From: Candidatus Hydrogenedentota bacterium
GTDB taxonomy: Bacteria > Hydrogenedentota > Hydrogenedentia > Hydrogenedentales > SLHB01
Length of the DNA: 64,000 nt
Reading direction: 5' to 3'
Assembly (NCBI GenBank): GCA_963668025.2
Contig: CAXXTH010000023.1
Span: forward strand, 160,001-224,000
Below are positions 19,409 through 29,568 of the stretch, piece after piece. Position numbers and translations under genes: made by a program. Under the pieces are notes generated by a model, which saw nothing but the letters and a program-made list of their open reading frames with translations, did no database searches and was not told the origin of the DNA. The stretch's first letter is position 1. The number at the start of each line of letters is the position of its first letter.

Positions 19409-19900
19409 TCACTTCCTGTTTCGCCTGAGAGCTACATCCTCGATAGAAATGCGCAAATCTTGAATGAGCCGCGCCTGATCGGGCATGTAATCCGTCGCTG
19501 GAGCCGGAGGATGCGCGCATAGCGCATCGAGTTCATCCACATCCATCACCATGCGCCCCCAGCCGCGCCGTTCGACCATTTCCGCCAAATCGAGCTGATG
19601 GTCGTTCATGTGTTCCTTATACCGGCGAAGCCGTGGAACCACGATAAAGGGCTTCCGGGCATCGAGGGCGTCGCGTACGCACCCAATGCCCGCATGGCAT
19701 ACAATCACCCGCGCTTCCCGCTGGATGGCCAGCACCTCTTCATGCGGCTTAAATGCAAAGGACTCCGCCTGCGTGGGCAAGACGGCGTCCAAGCCAGTCT
19801 GGATCACCACGCGCTCTCCCGTGGCGGCCGCGATGGCATCCATCTTCATAACGAGCCGCGGGAATCCCATGTACATGGTGCCTATGGTCACATAGATCAT
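19409..19900 (-). CDS. Alg13/PssE-like glycosyltransferase (GT28 C-terminal-type subunit)
   Basis: MIYVTIGT..FPRLV, VIQTG, CHAGIG and VPRL...EHMNDHQ. Confidence 0.88.
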   Translation of the reverse strand: MIYVTIGTMYMGFPRLVMKMDAIAAATGERVVIQTGLDAVLPTQAESFAFKPHEEVLAIQREARVIVCHAGIGCVRDALDARKPFIVVPRLRRYKEHMNDHQLDLAEMVERRGWGRMVMDVDELDALCAHPPAPATDYMPDQARLIQDLRISIEDVALRRNRK

Positions 19901-22389
19901 GGCGCGAGAGGCCGCTCCAGGAGATCCGTTTCCACGAGCGTTTTCTCCGCCAAATCGAGCAAGAACGTCTTTACTTCGAATCCGCCCAACGTGATCTCCC
20001 GCTCAACGCCAATAGCTGGAATCGACAACACCGTCGAGCGCGGCGCGCCCGTGGGTTCGAACAGGCGGACCACATATTGGCGTTCATTGCGCTCAGCTTG
20101 TTTGAATGCCGCTAACTGCACAACACCTCCGCTGAGCAAGATCCCCGCCTCGGGGCGTTTCCCCAATCCCGAGGGATAGAATGACAAAATAAATGGTTTC
20201 TCGTTATGAGCCAGGGCTTCCCGGTCGATGGCTTCAAGCCGCTCCGAGACAGGCCCACCCTGGAGCCAGAACCGGAACACCCGCTCCCCCTGGTCGATAC
20301 GGGGCGTGTAGCGGTCCTGGGCGGTAATGGGCCGCTCGCCAATGGGATGGCCTGAATAGGCCGGGGCGCGCAACAAGGTCAGGCGGATCTCGCGGTCCAC
20401 ATAATCGGAACCATATGACCCATCATTGATACACGTGAGGGCATGCCCCATGGCTTTGGATACCGCGCCCACCCATTTTTGCGCCACGACTTCTCGGTCC
20501 ACATGCGACAATACATCCCGGCCAAAGGCCACCTGGCCCATATACTGCGTATCAGGCCACGGAACGGGGATGGCGAGTTTCAACATCCTGTTCTTTTCAT
20601 TCCAATGCACCCGCACATGAATCTCGATCTCCGCGCCTTGTTTCGGAAGCTTATACGTCAAGACCAGGGCGGAATCGCCATATCCCAGCACGGACTCGAC
20701 CACCGTGCGCGCTGGGCCGTCCTCGATAATGCGCACGGAAGGAATCGGCGCGCCAGACAGCCCCGAAAGGCGCGTGGCCTTTTCGGGCTCCATCAAGGCG
20801 AACGCCCCCACGGTGTCGCGGTATCGATGCTCCTTGGCCGTCATACCCCACGGATCTTCGTCATCCTGCATGACTCGAGGCAGGAATGCGCCTGGCCGGA
20901 CCAGTTCGATGCCATGGACGGCATATCGGTCGAGCAGCCCCGTCTGGCAATTGATTACCGCTTCATAATCCGGCGTCATGATGATGATGCGGTTGCCTTC
21001 GGGTTCGATGGCGGGCATGGGGCGTTCCGGCAATATCGTCTCATAGGTGCATTCGAAGCGCGTGATGGCGCTCGGGGCCAAATCCGCTTGAACTACGGCA
21101 TGCTTGCGCCAATCCAAAGGCATGCTGCATGCCGTCTGCTCCATCTGGAAAGGAATCGGATTCCCGTCTTGCACCACCACGGGCATCGTGAATTGTTCTT
21201 CGAACCGGGGCGAAGGCAGATTAAATTCGCACTCGAACACACCGGAGACGGGGAATGGATGGGGATTATACGCGAACATGACAATGCGCCCGTCCTCCGC
21301 CCGGGGCTGACCGGAGGCCAAGGCGAAGAAAGCTTGCGCTTTAATGCGCGCCAGGATCTCGAGGCCATGGTCCATGAGGCGCAGCGCCGCCTCCTCACAG
21401 GCCTGGATGGACGAACCGGGCAATATGTCGTGGAATTCACACACCATGAGGTCGCACACAGCCTGGCGGATATCCGTTTTCGGGTACTCCATCAGCCCCT
21501 GCATGGCCGCTGCGGCGGCCATTTTTTCGACCATATACAGCTCATTTTCGAGCAGGCGATGCTTTTGTTTTAAGCGGACCTGTGAGGTGTAGCATCCCAC
21601 GGCCCAAGGATTTATGTCACTTTCATGGCGCGCCAGCTCCTTGCCCGAGGCGCTTAGTTCCGCGAAATAAGCTTCCGGAGTCGAATGGACGATAACTGGC
21701 GATTCCGAACTTGCGCTCAATTCCGCCAGAGCGTGCAAGTCCTTCCGGGATGGCCCGCCGCCGTGATCACCCACCCCCCAGGGGCATAAGGCGATATCGC
21801 GCCCTCCAACCATTTGGATGAACTTTTCCACCTTTGCGCGCGCCTGGCCCAATAATGAACAGTAATCGGTGAGCAGGCGATGGCCCATAATCTCCGAGCC
21901 GTCGTAGCCCACCCAAATAAAATCCGCATCCGGAAGCGAACAACTTCCCCGCATGAAAAGGTAGGAGTCATATCCCGATTTCTTGAGGATTTGAGCAAGG
22001 CCGCGCGTATGGCCAAACGAATCGAAATTGATGGCGGTAGTGGGCTCGACGCCGAATTTCTCCATGAAATACAGCTTGCCCGTCAACGCCTGCCGCACAA
22101 AGGATTCCCCGCTGGGCATATTGCAGTCTGGCTGGAGATACCACCCTCCGATGATATGCCATTTGCCTTCCCGCACCAGCCGTTGTATGCGCGCGAATAG
22201 CTCAGGCTCATATTGCTCCACCCACTTGTAGAGAATCACTTCATTGTGATTGAAGATAAAGCCGTCGAACTCTTCACACAGATCCGCGGCCGTGCGGAAC
22301 GTGGAAATAGCCTCTGCGGCGCCCTCTTCCCATTCCCACAGCCAATAGGGATCCAAGTGGGCGTTGCACAATAAATGCAGCTTAGGCAT
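19897..22389 (-). CDS. Alpha-mannosidase (GH38)
   Basis: NAHLDPYWLW, QPDCNMPSGES, DSFGH, GVGDHGGGP and FHDILPGS; start moved to MPKLHLL. Confidence 0.93.
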   Translation of the reverse strand: MPKLHLLCNAHLDPYWLWEWEEGAAEAISTFRTAADLCEEFDGFIFNHNEVILYKWVEQYEPELFARIQRLVREGKWHIIGGWYLQPDCNMPSGESFVRQALTGKLYFMEKFGVEPTTAINFDSFGHTRGLAQILKKSGYDSYLFMRGSCSLPDADFIWVGYDGSEIMGHRLLTDYCSLLGQARAKVEKFIQMVGGRDIALCPWGVGDHGGGPSRKDLHALAELSASSESPVIVHSTPEAYFAELSASGKELARHESDINPWAVGCYTSQVRLKQKHRLLENELYMVEKMAAAAAMQGLMEYPKTDIRQAVCDLMVCEFHDILPGSSIQACEEAALRLMDHGLEILARIKAQAFFALASGQPRAEDGRIVMFAYNPHPFPVSGVFECEFNLPSPRFEEQFTMPVVVQDGNPIPFQMEQTACSMPLDWRKHAVVQADLAPSAITRFECTYETILPERPMPAIEPEGNRIIIMTPDYEAVINCQTGLLDRYAVHGIELVRPGAFLPRVMQDDEDPWGMTAKEHRYRDTVGAFALMEPEKATRLSGLSGAPIPSVRIIEDGPARTVVESVLGYGDSALVLTYKLPKQGAEIEIHVRVHWNEKNRMLKLAIPVPWPDTQYMGQVAFGRDVLSHVDREVVAQKWVGAVSKAMGHALTCINDGSYGSDYVDREIRLTLLRAPAYSGHPIGERPITAQDRYTPRIDQGERVFRFWLQGGPVSERLEAIDREALAHNEKPFILSFYPSGLGKRPEAGILLSGGVVQLAAFKQAERNERQYVVRLFEPTGAPRSTVLSIPAIGVEREITLGGFEVKTFLLDLAEKTLVETDLLERPLAP

Positions 22390-22591
22390 AGCTTGACTCC
22401 CATGTGCGTTTGTTCTCAAACAAGCAACAAACCATATGCCTCCTATCGAATCTCTATCGTACTTGAAACAGCGGGAAAATGGAATGAACAGGCCTGTCAA
22501 ACCGCACGAAAAAACGCCGGATTTCCGCTGTCGCGGCAAGCGTAAATAATCCCGCAAAAAGGGGTAACAACATGCATAGTACATGAATTCC

Positions 22592-22620
22592 TTGACAAGA
22601 CAAGACAGGCTTGTTAGATT
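22592..22620 (+). promoter_or_regulatory. Sigma70-type promoter of the kinase operon
   Basis: TTGACA-17 nt-TAGATT with an extended TGn. Confidence 0.6.
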
Positions 22621-22717
22621 CATGCTTGGAGTGTAGGGGTTTTTACGCAACAGGCTTTGGAGCAGAAAAGGAACCCTTTGAACACGAGGATTCCAGATCC
22701 AGTGATCGGCACGGTCT

Positions 22718-25033
22718 ATGGCGGCATCAAGCGCGGCGCATAACTCCCTAATCGGCCAGGTGCTCGGGGAATATGAGATTCAAGCTCTCATAGGCCGGGG
22801 AGCCATGGGGAGCGTGTATCTTGCGCGCGATTTAAGCCTCAACCGCAATGCCGCCCTAAAGGTCTTGCACGGGGATCTTGCGGATAATCCGGAAACGGTC
22901 CGGCAATTCCACCTTGAAGCCCAAGCTGCCGCACCGCTGCGCCATCCAAACATCGTGCGTATCTACTCGGCGGGCATCCAGGCCGGGCTTCCCTATATCG
23001 CCATGGAATACGTTGAGGGCGAGCCTCTCGACCGATTTTTACGCCGCCAAGGAAACATGCCCTGGCAGACGGCTCTCTACATTGGCCAGCAGGTGGCCGA
23101 GGCGCTTAATTGCGCCCATCGCCATGGGGTAATCCATCGGGATGTGAAACCCGCCAATATATTGCTCGACAGCCATGGCCAAGTGCGCCTCACCGATTTC
23201 GGCATCGCCAACGTCGCTTCCGTGGATCGGGCCGCGCCGCAGGCGGAAGACTTCGCCGGCACGCCCCATTACATGTCGCCCGAGCAATGCGCTGGACTCG
23301 ATGCCGGGCCTACATCGGATATATATTCACTCGGCGTGACGCTATATTATTTGATCGCAGGCCGCCTGCCTTTCGACAACGAATCCCAGGTCGCCTTGAT
23401 CAAAAGCATCACCAACGACGAACCGGTGCGGCTTAATAAGATTATTCCGGACATCCCAGACGATGTATCGCGCCTCGTGGCGCATCTGATGAGCAAGCGC
23501 CCGAATGAACGCCCGCCCAACGCACAATTTGTCGTCATGACCATCAAACGTATCCAGGAGGAACGCGGCGGGCGCTCCGCCATGCCCGAGGCGCTCCAGG
23601 TGTACATGCGAGAGCAGACCCGGATCCGCCAGATTCGCAGCCTGCTCAAAGAACATGATCTCACGGAAAAACCCATAGGTTCATTCAAACGGCCTCCATT
23701 GCCCCTACGGGCCGTATTGGCGCGCATTGTCTCGGCTGCGGCCATATTGCTGGTGTTCGCCTTAATCCCCGTGATCGTGGCTTCTTTATCCGGCAAACAC
23801 CAGCCGCCTCGGGAACCCCAAGTCATCGACATCGCCAATATGCGCGATCTAAGCGAAAAAATGTGCATCGTCGAGATCGCTACGACGGGCTTCATTTGTG
23901 AAAATATCCGCTGGATTGGAGGTTCTCAAACAGCCTTAGCCCAGTTTGTAGGTATTAAGGGGACATCCAACCACGATGCTTCGGGCATACTGGCGATCAA
24001 TCTCGATACCCGCCAGGTCACTAACATCTTGACCCCGGCAAGCCCTACGATTGACTCCAATTTCTGGGACGTCCGCGCCCCCCTCTTTGCCGCGCCCGCC
24101 TCCCCTATCTCCGCACCCAGCCAGCTTCTAGACGAGAGTCTGCTCATGCCCACGTATGGCGATACGCCCCGGCGCGGGGAGCGCTTTCTGCAAATCGCCG
24201 CACACCCATGGAATGAAACCAGGGAAACTGTGCTGTATGCCATTCCGTTGGCGGTGTGGAATCCCCATTTTGGTTCGCCCTGGGCAGCGCAGAGCAACGG
24301 ATATGCCATCCCCAAGCCCGATGGCCACACGTTCTGCATGGTTTTGAATGATCCCGTCCAGAATTCGAATTATCTGGTGGAACGCGACGTCTATGCTGAA
24401 GATCCGGCCGCATTGGGGTCTCCTATCACTTCAGGAGAAGCCCCGATCGTTCCAAGCAGCGTGTGCTACAGTCCCAGCGGCAGCCAGCTTGCCTATATAA
24501 GGATAGGGAGGATCGAGAACGAGCGGCAACTATGGGTATTATCGCTCACGCGCAATGAAAAAGACGGAAATCCTCTCATCGGATATGGAGTGTTAGGCAA
24601 CCATGTGGCTTTCAGCCCTGATGGGAGTTTGTTGGCCGCCCGGGTCGCACGCCAAACTCAGCTTCCCGAGTTGCAGCTTGTCAGTGCTACGAATGGCAAT
24701 GTTGCGGCACATCTCAACACGGGAGAATTTGGGGTACAGCCATGGCATACCTCGAATACATTTGTTGTCGCCACCGATGCCGGACAAATATGGGCTATCG
24801 GCCTCGAACGACCGCCCCTCGAACGACAGCATCGCCGTATTGCGTTGTCTCCGGAAAATCTTAAGGTATCGGGAGGCGCGGCTATATCTAGCGATGGGCG
24901 ATGGGTGGCTGCTATTTTAGAAGGGACAAGCATTCCTTCCATTTTATTCATACGGCTTGACCGCGTGACATTTGATGATTTAGCGGCAAGCCACGAAACC
25001 ATTTTACCTGCGGAGCCTGCGCCGCAAACATGA
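22718..25033 (+). CDS. Hanks-type Ser/Thr kinase with TM segment and TolB/PD40-like beta-propeller
   Basis: GRGAMG, ALK, HRDVKPAN, DFG and GTPHYMSPEQ; TM helix; YSPSGSQLAY, FSPDG and SSDGRW repeats. Confidence 0.92.
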   Translation: MAASSAAHNSLIGQVLGEYEIQALIGRGAMGSVYLARDLSLNRNAALKVLHGDLADNPETVRQFHLEAQAAAPLRHPNIVRIYSAGIQAGLPYIAMEYVEGEPLDRFLRRQGNMPWQTALYIGQQVAEALNCAHRHGVIHRDVKPANILLDSHGQVRLTDFGIANVASVDRAAPQAEDFAGTPHYMSPEQCAGLDAGPTSDIYSLGVTLYYLIAGRLPFDNESQVALIKSITNDEPVRLNKIIPDIPDDVSRLVAHLMSKRPNERPPNAQFVVMTIKRIQEERGGRSAMPEALQVYMREQTRIRQIRSLLKEHDLTEKPIGSFKRPPLPLRAVLARIVSAAAILLVFALIPVIVASLSGKHQPPREPQVIDIANMRDLSEKMCIVEIATTGFICENIRWIGGSQTALAQFVGIKGTSNHDASGILAINLDTRQVTNILTPASPTIDSNFWDVRAPLFAAPASPISAPSQLLDESLLMPTYGDTPRRGERFLQIAAHPWNETRETVLYAIPLAVWNPHFGSPWAAQSNGYAIPKPDGHTFCMVLNDPVQNSNYLVERDVYAEDPAALGSPITSGEAPIVPSSVCYSPSGSQLAYIRIGRIENERQLWVLSLTRNEKDGNPLIGYGVLGNHVAFSPDGSLLAARVARQTQLPELQLVSATNGNVAAHLNTGEFGVQPWHTSNTFVVATDAGQIWAIGLERPPLERQHRRIALSPENLKVSGGAAISSDGRWVAAILEGTSIPSILFIRLDRVTFDDLAASHETILPAEPAPQT

Positions 25034-25048
25034 TGAAGGGAAACGGTT

Positions 25049-27316
25049 ATCAGCGGTAAGCCAGAGAACACGCCAATACCCGGACGCCGAATAAGCACAT
25101 ACGAACTCATCGAAGAGATCGGCCGCGGGGGAATGGGCATCATCTACAAAGCGCGCGATCTCAGCCTGGATCGGGTGGCCGCGCTTAAAGTGTTGCGCGA
25201 CGACCTGCGCGCCCAGCCGCAAATCGTGGCCCGGTTCCGGCGGGAAGCGCAAGCCGCCGCCCTCCTCAACCATCCAAACATCGTACAGATATATGCCGTG
25301 GGCACCGAAGGAGATGTCCCGTTCATCGCCATGGAATTCATCGACGGCTTGCCCCTCAGCTCCATTATGCAGCGCCACGGCCCGATGCCTTGGCAGCGCG
25401 CCTTCGGAATCGGCGAACAGGTGGCCCGGGCCTTGGCGTGCGCCCATGCCGCGCATGTCATCCATCGCGACATCAAACCGCCCAATATCCTCGTGGATCA
25501 GGATGAACAGGCCTTTGTCACCGATTTCGGCATTGCGAAAATTTTGACGGTTGAAGAGCAGCTCACGGTGGATGGCACCCGCCTCGGCACGCCGCAGTAT
25601 ATGTCGCCTGAACGATGCCGGGATGGCGAAGTGACCGCTGAAAGCGATATCTACTCGCTGGGCGTCTTGCTGTTCCAGATGATCTCGGGCAGGCTGCCAT
25701 TCGAGGCCTCCTCCTCCGTGGAACTCGTCCGGAAAATTCTATCGGCCCAGCCTACCCGCCTGCGGGAATACGCCCCCCTTGTGCCGGAAAACGTAGAACG
25801 CCTCGTGGCGTATCTAGTCGAGAAAAAACCTGAAAACCGCCCTCACAGCGCCGATGATGTCTGTAAAGCCATTGAACTGGTGCGGGCGGGCCGTTCTCTT
25901 GATGATGAACACACTTCCATGGCCTCCGCGCTCGAGGATTTTCGCCGGACAGGGCCGCCAAAGCCTTCATGGGTCCGCGATGAACCCACCACCATTTTTT
26001 TGCCATCGAGCGCCCTGGCCCGATTCACCCTGCGGTGGTTTGGCACGCCATTTCCCGGCCGCATCATCACCGCCGCATTACTAATTGTCGCCATCGGCAT
26101 TGGGCTCGGATTCGCCATCGCCCCCTTTTTCGAGCCGGATCCTGCCGTGGTGGCCATGAATATTATAAACGCGGATATGAAGCGATGGGAGCATTCGGCG
26201 GAACTGGCCAGTTTTTTGGACGCCGCTCCTGGAATACAGGAAACCCGCCTCCACCTCAAGGATTTCGCCCTTGCATCCGGGATATGGTCCGGCTCCCGCT
26301 TTTATGCATTGTTTAATGGCGTTCCATTGAGCGCCAGGGCTCAGCAAACTTGTATCGCCACCATTCATGTGGAAGCACGCTATGCCTCGATTGTGATTCC
26401 GCCTTTACCCCCAGCGCCTTTTGACGCAACAGAACAAAGCTTGATGCTCTTGTCCGCATATCGTATTCCGCCCATACCCTCCGAATCGGCTGAACCAGAA
26501 GCAGAGGTGATCATCCGATATATGGATCTTTTCGGACAAGATAGAAGAGGGCGCATTTTCTTATGCGGAACCGCCGCGAGCTCTGAAGAACCCGATTCCT
26601 TATTTGCCAGGGGGCCACACGATCCCATAGGCGCACTGCCGGAAGGCTTGAACGCCAGGCGCATTCGTGTGCTCGATCAGCGCCCTGGCTCGACGGAATA
26701 TATTGCCGCGATACGGAATGAACAAGATACAAGCTGCTATCTGGCCGCTTTGTCCCGCCAGCCCGATGGCGCTTGGCGGGCTGACACGCTGACGGATGAC
26801 GGCCCCCCCATTACCGCCGTGTATTATGCGCCAAATGGGGCAAGTTTCGTTTTTATGAGGGATTTGGGCGCTTCCCGCCAAATATGGGTAGCCCCGCGAG
26901 GCGTGGGCCCGCAGCCCGCGTTCATGGCCGCGGAGGGCAAGCTCTCGATGGGCCGTAGCGCATTTTCTCCGGATAGCAGCCGCTTGGCCTACTCGATGGA
27001 ACAGCAAGATGGCTCATCCACGTTATTCATTGCACCAATTGCTGGCGGCCCTTCCGAATCCGCCGGTGAAGGGGCCACGCCTTGCTGGCATCCTTCCGGC
27101 GCTTACTTGGCCGCCCTTAGCGCAACTAACGGAGGCATACGCCAGCTTGTAGCGATAGGCGCCGTCGCGCCATATTCCCGGCGCGTTATAACACAAACGG
27201 CTTCAAGCCTGCTCCCCTGGTGCTCCATATCGCCAGATGGCCAATGGCTCGCCACCGCGCCCATGAACGCTTCTGAAGCCACAGTATACTTCATCCGACT
27301 GGCCCCAAGGATTTAA
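25049..27316 (+). CDS. Second Ser/Thr kinase with TM segment and PD40-like propeller; start codon uncertain
   Basis: HRDIKPPN, DFG and GTPQYMSPE; the in-frame sequence upstream of ATG 25133 encodes YELIEEIGRGG but contains no ATG/GTG/TTG. Confidence 0.85.
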   Translation: MSGKPENTPIPGRRISTYELIEEIGRGGMGIIYKARDLSLDRVAALKVLRDDLRAQPQIVARFRREAQAAALLNHPNIVQIYAVGTEGDVPFIAMEFIDGLPLSSIMQRHGPMPWQRAFGIGEQVARALACAHAAHVIHRDIKPPNILVDQDEQAFVTDFGIAKILTVEEQLTVDGTRLGTPQYMSPERCRDGEVTAESDIYSLGVLLFQMISGRLPFEASSSVELVRKILSAQPTRLREYAPLVPENVERLVAYLVEKKPENRPHSADDVCKAIELVRAGRSLDDEHTSMASALEDFRRTGPPKPSWVRDEPTTIFLPSSALARFTLRWFGTPFPGRIITAALLIVAIGIGLGFAIAPFFEPDPAVVAMNIINADMKRWEHSAELASFLDAAPGIQETRLHLKDFALASGIWSGSRFYALFNGVPLSARAQQTCIATIHVEARYASIVIPPLPPAPFDATEQSLMLLSAYRIPPIPSESAEPEAEVIIRYMDLFGQDRRGRIFLCGTAASSEEPDSLFARGPHDPIGALPEGLNARRIRVLDQRPGSTEYIAAIRNEQDTSCYLAALSRQPDGAWRADTLTDDGPPITAVYYAPNGASFVFMRDLGASRQIWVAPRGVGPQPAFMAAEGKLSMGRSAFSPDSSRLAYSMEQQDGSSTLFIAPIAGGPSESAGEGATPCWHPSGAYLAALSATNGGIRQLVAIGAVAPYSRRVITQTASSLLPWCSISPDGQWLATAPMNASEATVYFIRLAPRI

Positions 27317-27460
27317 GGCCCTTTTCAGCGGACGCGCTTCCCCGGCCTATATTCCGCCCACATTCAAAAATTGTGTGGCAACGGGGAAGCGTCATATGGC
27401 GTGCGCCTTAACGCGTCCATGGTGTATCATTCCGCTAAGCATGAGGAGGAGATGAATACG

Positions 27461-28417
27461 ATGCGGACCATTACAACTGGCATGCGGGTGCTGGGCGCTT
27501 GGCTCCTGCTATACAGCGTGGCGCTTGCCCAAGACCAAGCGCTGCCCGGCGAGATTGCGCCTCTGGCGCAGCTTATGACACATGAAGATCAAGCCATCGA
27601 AGTCCTCCGCCGTTTTGACCGGGCGCAGAATGCGCTGGGCGATTGGGATTTTGAATTGGCCCGCCAGCTTGGCAATGCCGGGGATACGGCTGCGGCGCAA
27701 ACAAAGCTCGATGACGCCAGGCGCCGTTTCGACTTGGTGCGCAAGGCGTATGAAACATTTCTCCAAACATATCCAAACAACGCGCGCGCCCTTACTTATT
27801 TTGGCGAATTATTATATGACCGATATCAGGAATACCCACAGGCCATCCAGAATTGGAAGCTGGCCACGCAGCTTGATGCGACACTGGGCATGCCCTGTAA
27901 TGACTTAGGCATCCATTATTGCCACGAAGGCGACTACGACCAGGGATTCAGTTACTTCGAAAAAGCGCTCGAACTCGAGCCCAATAATCCCGATTATTTA
28001 TTTAATGTCGCTCAGATTTATCTGACCAACCGGCCCCAGGCCATGGAACGGTATAAATGGAATGAGAAACGGCTGTTCAAAGAAGCCATGAAACTCTCGA
28101 AACGGGCCACCGAATTAGCTCCCAATGATTTTTCGCTTGCACAAGATTACGCCGTAAATTTCTTCGCGGCAGAATCGCTCGGAATCAGCGCCAACTGGAA
28201 TGAAGCGATCAAAGCATGGGAACATGCGCGAGCGCTTACGACGAATCCCGATCAAATCTACTATGCGTGGCTCAATGAAGGCCGGGCCGCCATCAAGGCG
28301 AATAAAGCCAGCCATGCCTCCGCATGCCTCGAAGAGGCCATCCGCATGAATCCCAACAGCACGGCGGCGCGGGGGCTTCTGGAAGAAGTCAAGCACGCGC
28401 AACAAGCCGGGCTCTAG
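27461..28417 (+). CDS. Secreted TPR protein
   Basis: Signal peptide ending ALA-Q; TPR motifs (NDLGIHY..GDYDQG..FEKALELEPNN); GAGGAGG SD. Confidence 0.85.
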   Translation: MRTITTGMRVLGAWLLLYSVALAQDQALPGEIAPLAQLMTHEDQAIEVLRRFDRAQNALGDWDFELARQLGNAGDTAAAQTKLDDARRRFDLVRKAYETFLQTYPNNARALTYFGELLYDRYQEYPQAIQNWKLATQLDATLGMPCNDLGIHYCHEGDYDQGFSYFEKALELEPNNPDYLFNVAQIYLTNRPQAMERYKWNEKRLFKEAMKLSKRATELAPNDFSLAQDYAVNFFAAESLGISANWNEAIKAWEHARALTTNPDQIYYAWLNEGRAAIKANKASHASACLEEAIRMNPNSTAARGLLEEVKHAQQAGL

Positions 28418-28422
28418 CAGCC

Positions 28423-29451
28423 ATGGTCGTGGGGGAACGGTGCGGAGAGGGCAAAACGCCGCGTGCCAAACATGGCCTGTTTCTCCTCGTGGGCCTTCTG
28501 GTGCTCGTGGCGGCCAGCGCTGAGTTCGCGGTACGGGCGCGCCTCTTTTTTTTCGATCCCCACCGCTGGGATGAATATGGCCTGTTCCGGTATCGCTCGA
28601 GTGCGCAGGTAGGCGATTTGCCCGCCATCAAGACCAACAGCGACGGTTTTTTCGGCGTGGACTTGTCCAAGCCCAAGGCTTCCAGCACCTACCGCGTGTT
28701 TCTTCTGGGGAGTTCCCCGCTCACCAATCCCGCCGTGCCTCAAGCCATGCAAGATGCCTTGTCCGAGCGATTCCCCAACATGCATTTTGAAGTGAACAGC
28801 GCCGGCATACCCCGGTATACCTCATACCACAACAAACTGCTGTATGAACATTATGTTTCCACACTCGAACCGGACTGCTTCATCCTATATCTCGGCATGA
28901 ATGACAATGTATACAACACCAATCCCTCCCTTGACGGGCCTACGCCCACGGGACTTTGGAACTGGGCCGACACGCAACGGAGCATCGTTTTCGACATGTT
29001 GTGGTACCACGCCGTGCAAAAACGTTTCGGGGTGAATCCGGCTTTCTCAATCGTCCGTAGCGGCGAAATGCTCGAAAAAAACATCCGCCCCATCCTGGAA
29101 TCCGCTCGAAACCGAGGCGTCCAGGCCATTCTGGTGCGTGAGGCGTTAAGTTATCCGACCGATGATGAAGAGCTGCTGCGCGTGATTCGCGCCAACGAAG
29201 GGCCAATGCGCCATTATTGGGGCGATTTGGATGCCGCGCTGCGTGGATTCGCGGCCAATGGAGCCGCCATCGAGCGCCTGGCTTCCACATGCCAGTCACC
29301 CATGGCCGATGCCAGCGCCATCTTGCCGCACACCAAAGCCTGCTTCATTGATCTTTGCCATCTTACCCCCGAAGGCAACAAGGCGCTTGGCCGTTTCTTC
29401 GCGTCATTAGCGGGAGACGCCATTGAAAACCGGAACAAATCAGACGGCTGA
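28423..29451 (+). CDS. Membrane-anchored SGNH/GDSL-type hydrolase or acyltransferase
   Basis: N-terminal TM; RVFLLGSS, NSAGIP, GMND and FIDLCHLTPEGN. Confidence 0.8.
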   Translation: MVVGERCGEGKTPRAKHGLFLLVGLLVLVAASAEFAVRARLFFFDPHRWDEYGLFRYRSSAQVGDLPAIKTNSDGFFGVDLSKPKASSTYRVFLLGSSPLTNPAVPQAMQDALSERFPNMHFEVNSAGIPRYTSYHNKLLYEHYVSTLEPDCFILYLGMNDNVYNTNPSLDGPTPTGLWNWADTQRSIVFDMLWYHAVQKRFGVNPAFSIVRSGEMLEKNIRPILESARNRGVQAILVREALSYPTDDEELLRVIRANEGPMRHYWGDLDAALRGFAANGAAIERLASTCQSPMADASAILPHTKACFIDLCHLTPEGNKALGRFFASLAGDAIENRNKSDG

Positions 29452-29497
29452 AGCCGTGTGCAATGGGCTGCAATAACAGATATTCTGTATAATCGAA

Positions 29498-29526
29498 CGT
29501 GGCATGGCCATTCCGGCCATGCCACG
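29498..29526. repeat. GTGGCATGG palindrome (REP-like)
   Basis: CGTGGCATGGCC-attcc-GGCCATGCCACG, a perfect 12-bp stem. Confidence 0.75.
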
Positions 29527-29568
29527 GATAGTAACAACCAGGCGCTTGCGCGCCATAGGAAGCTTTGC

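Noticed and set aside
25038-25044. GGGAAAC as a classical -1 frameshift site rescuing kinase 2
   Set aside because: From the ATG at 25030 the kinase frame is +1, not -1, so a -1 slip would not reach it.
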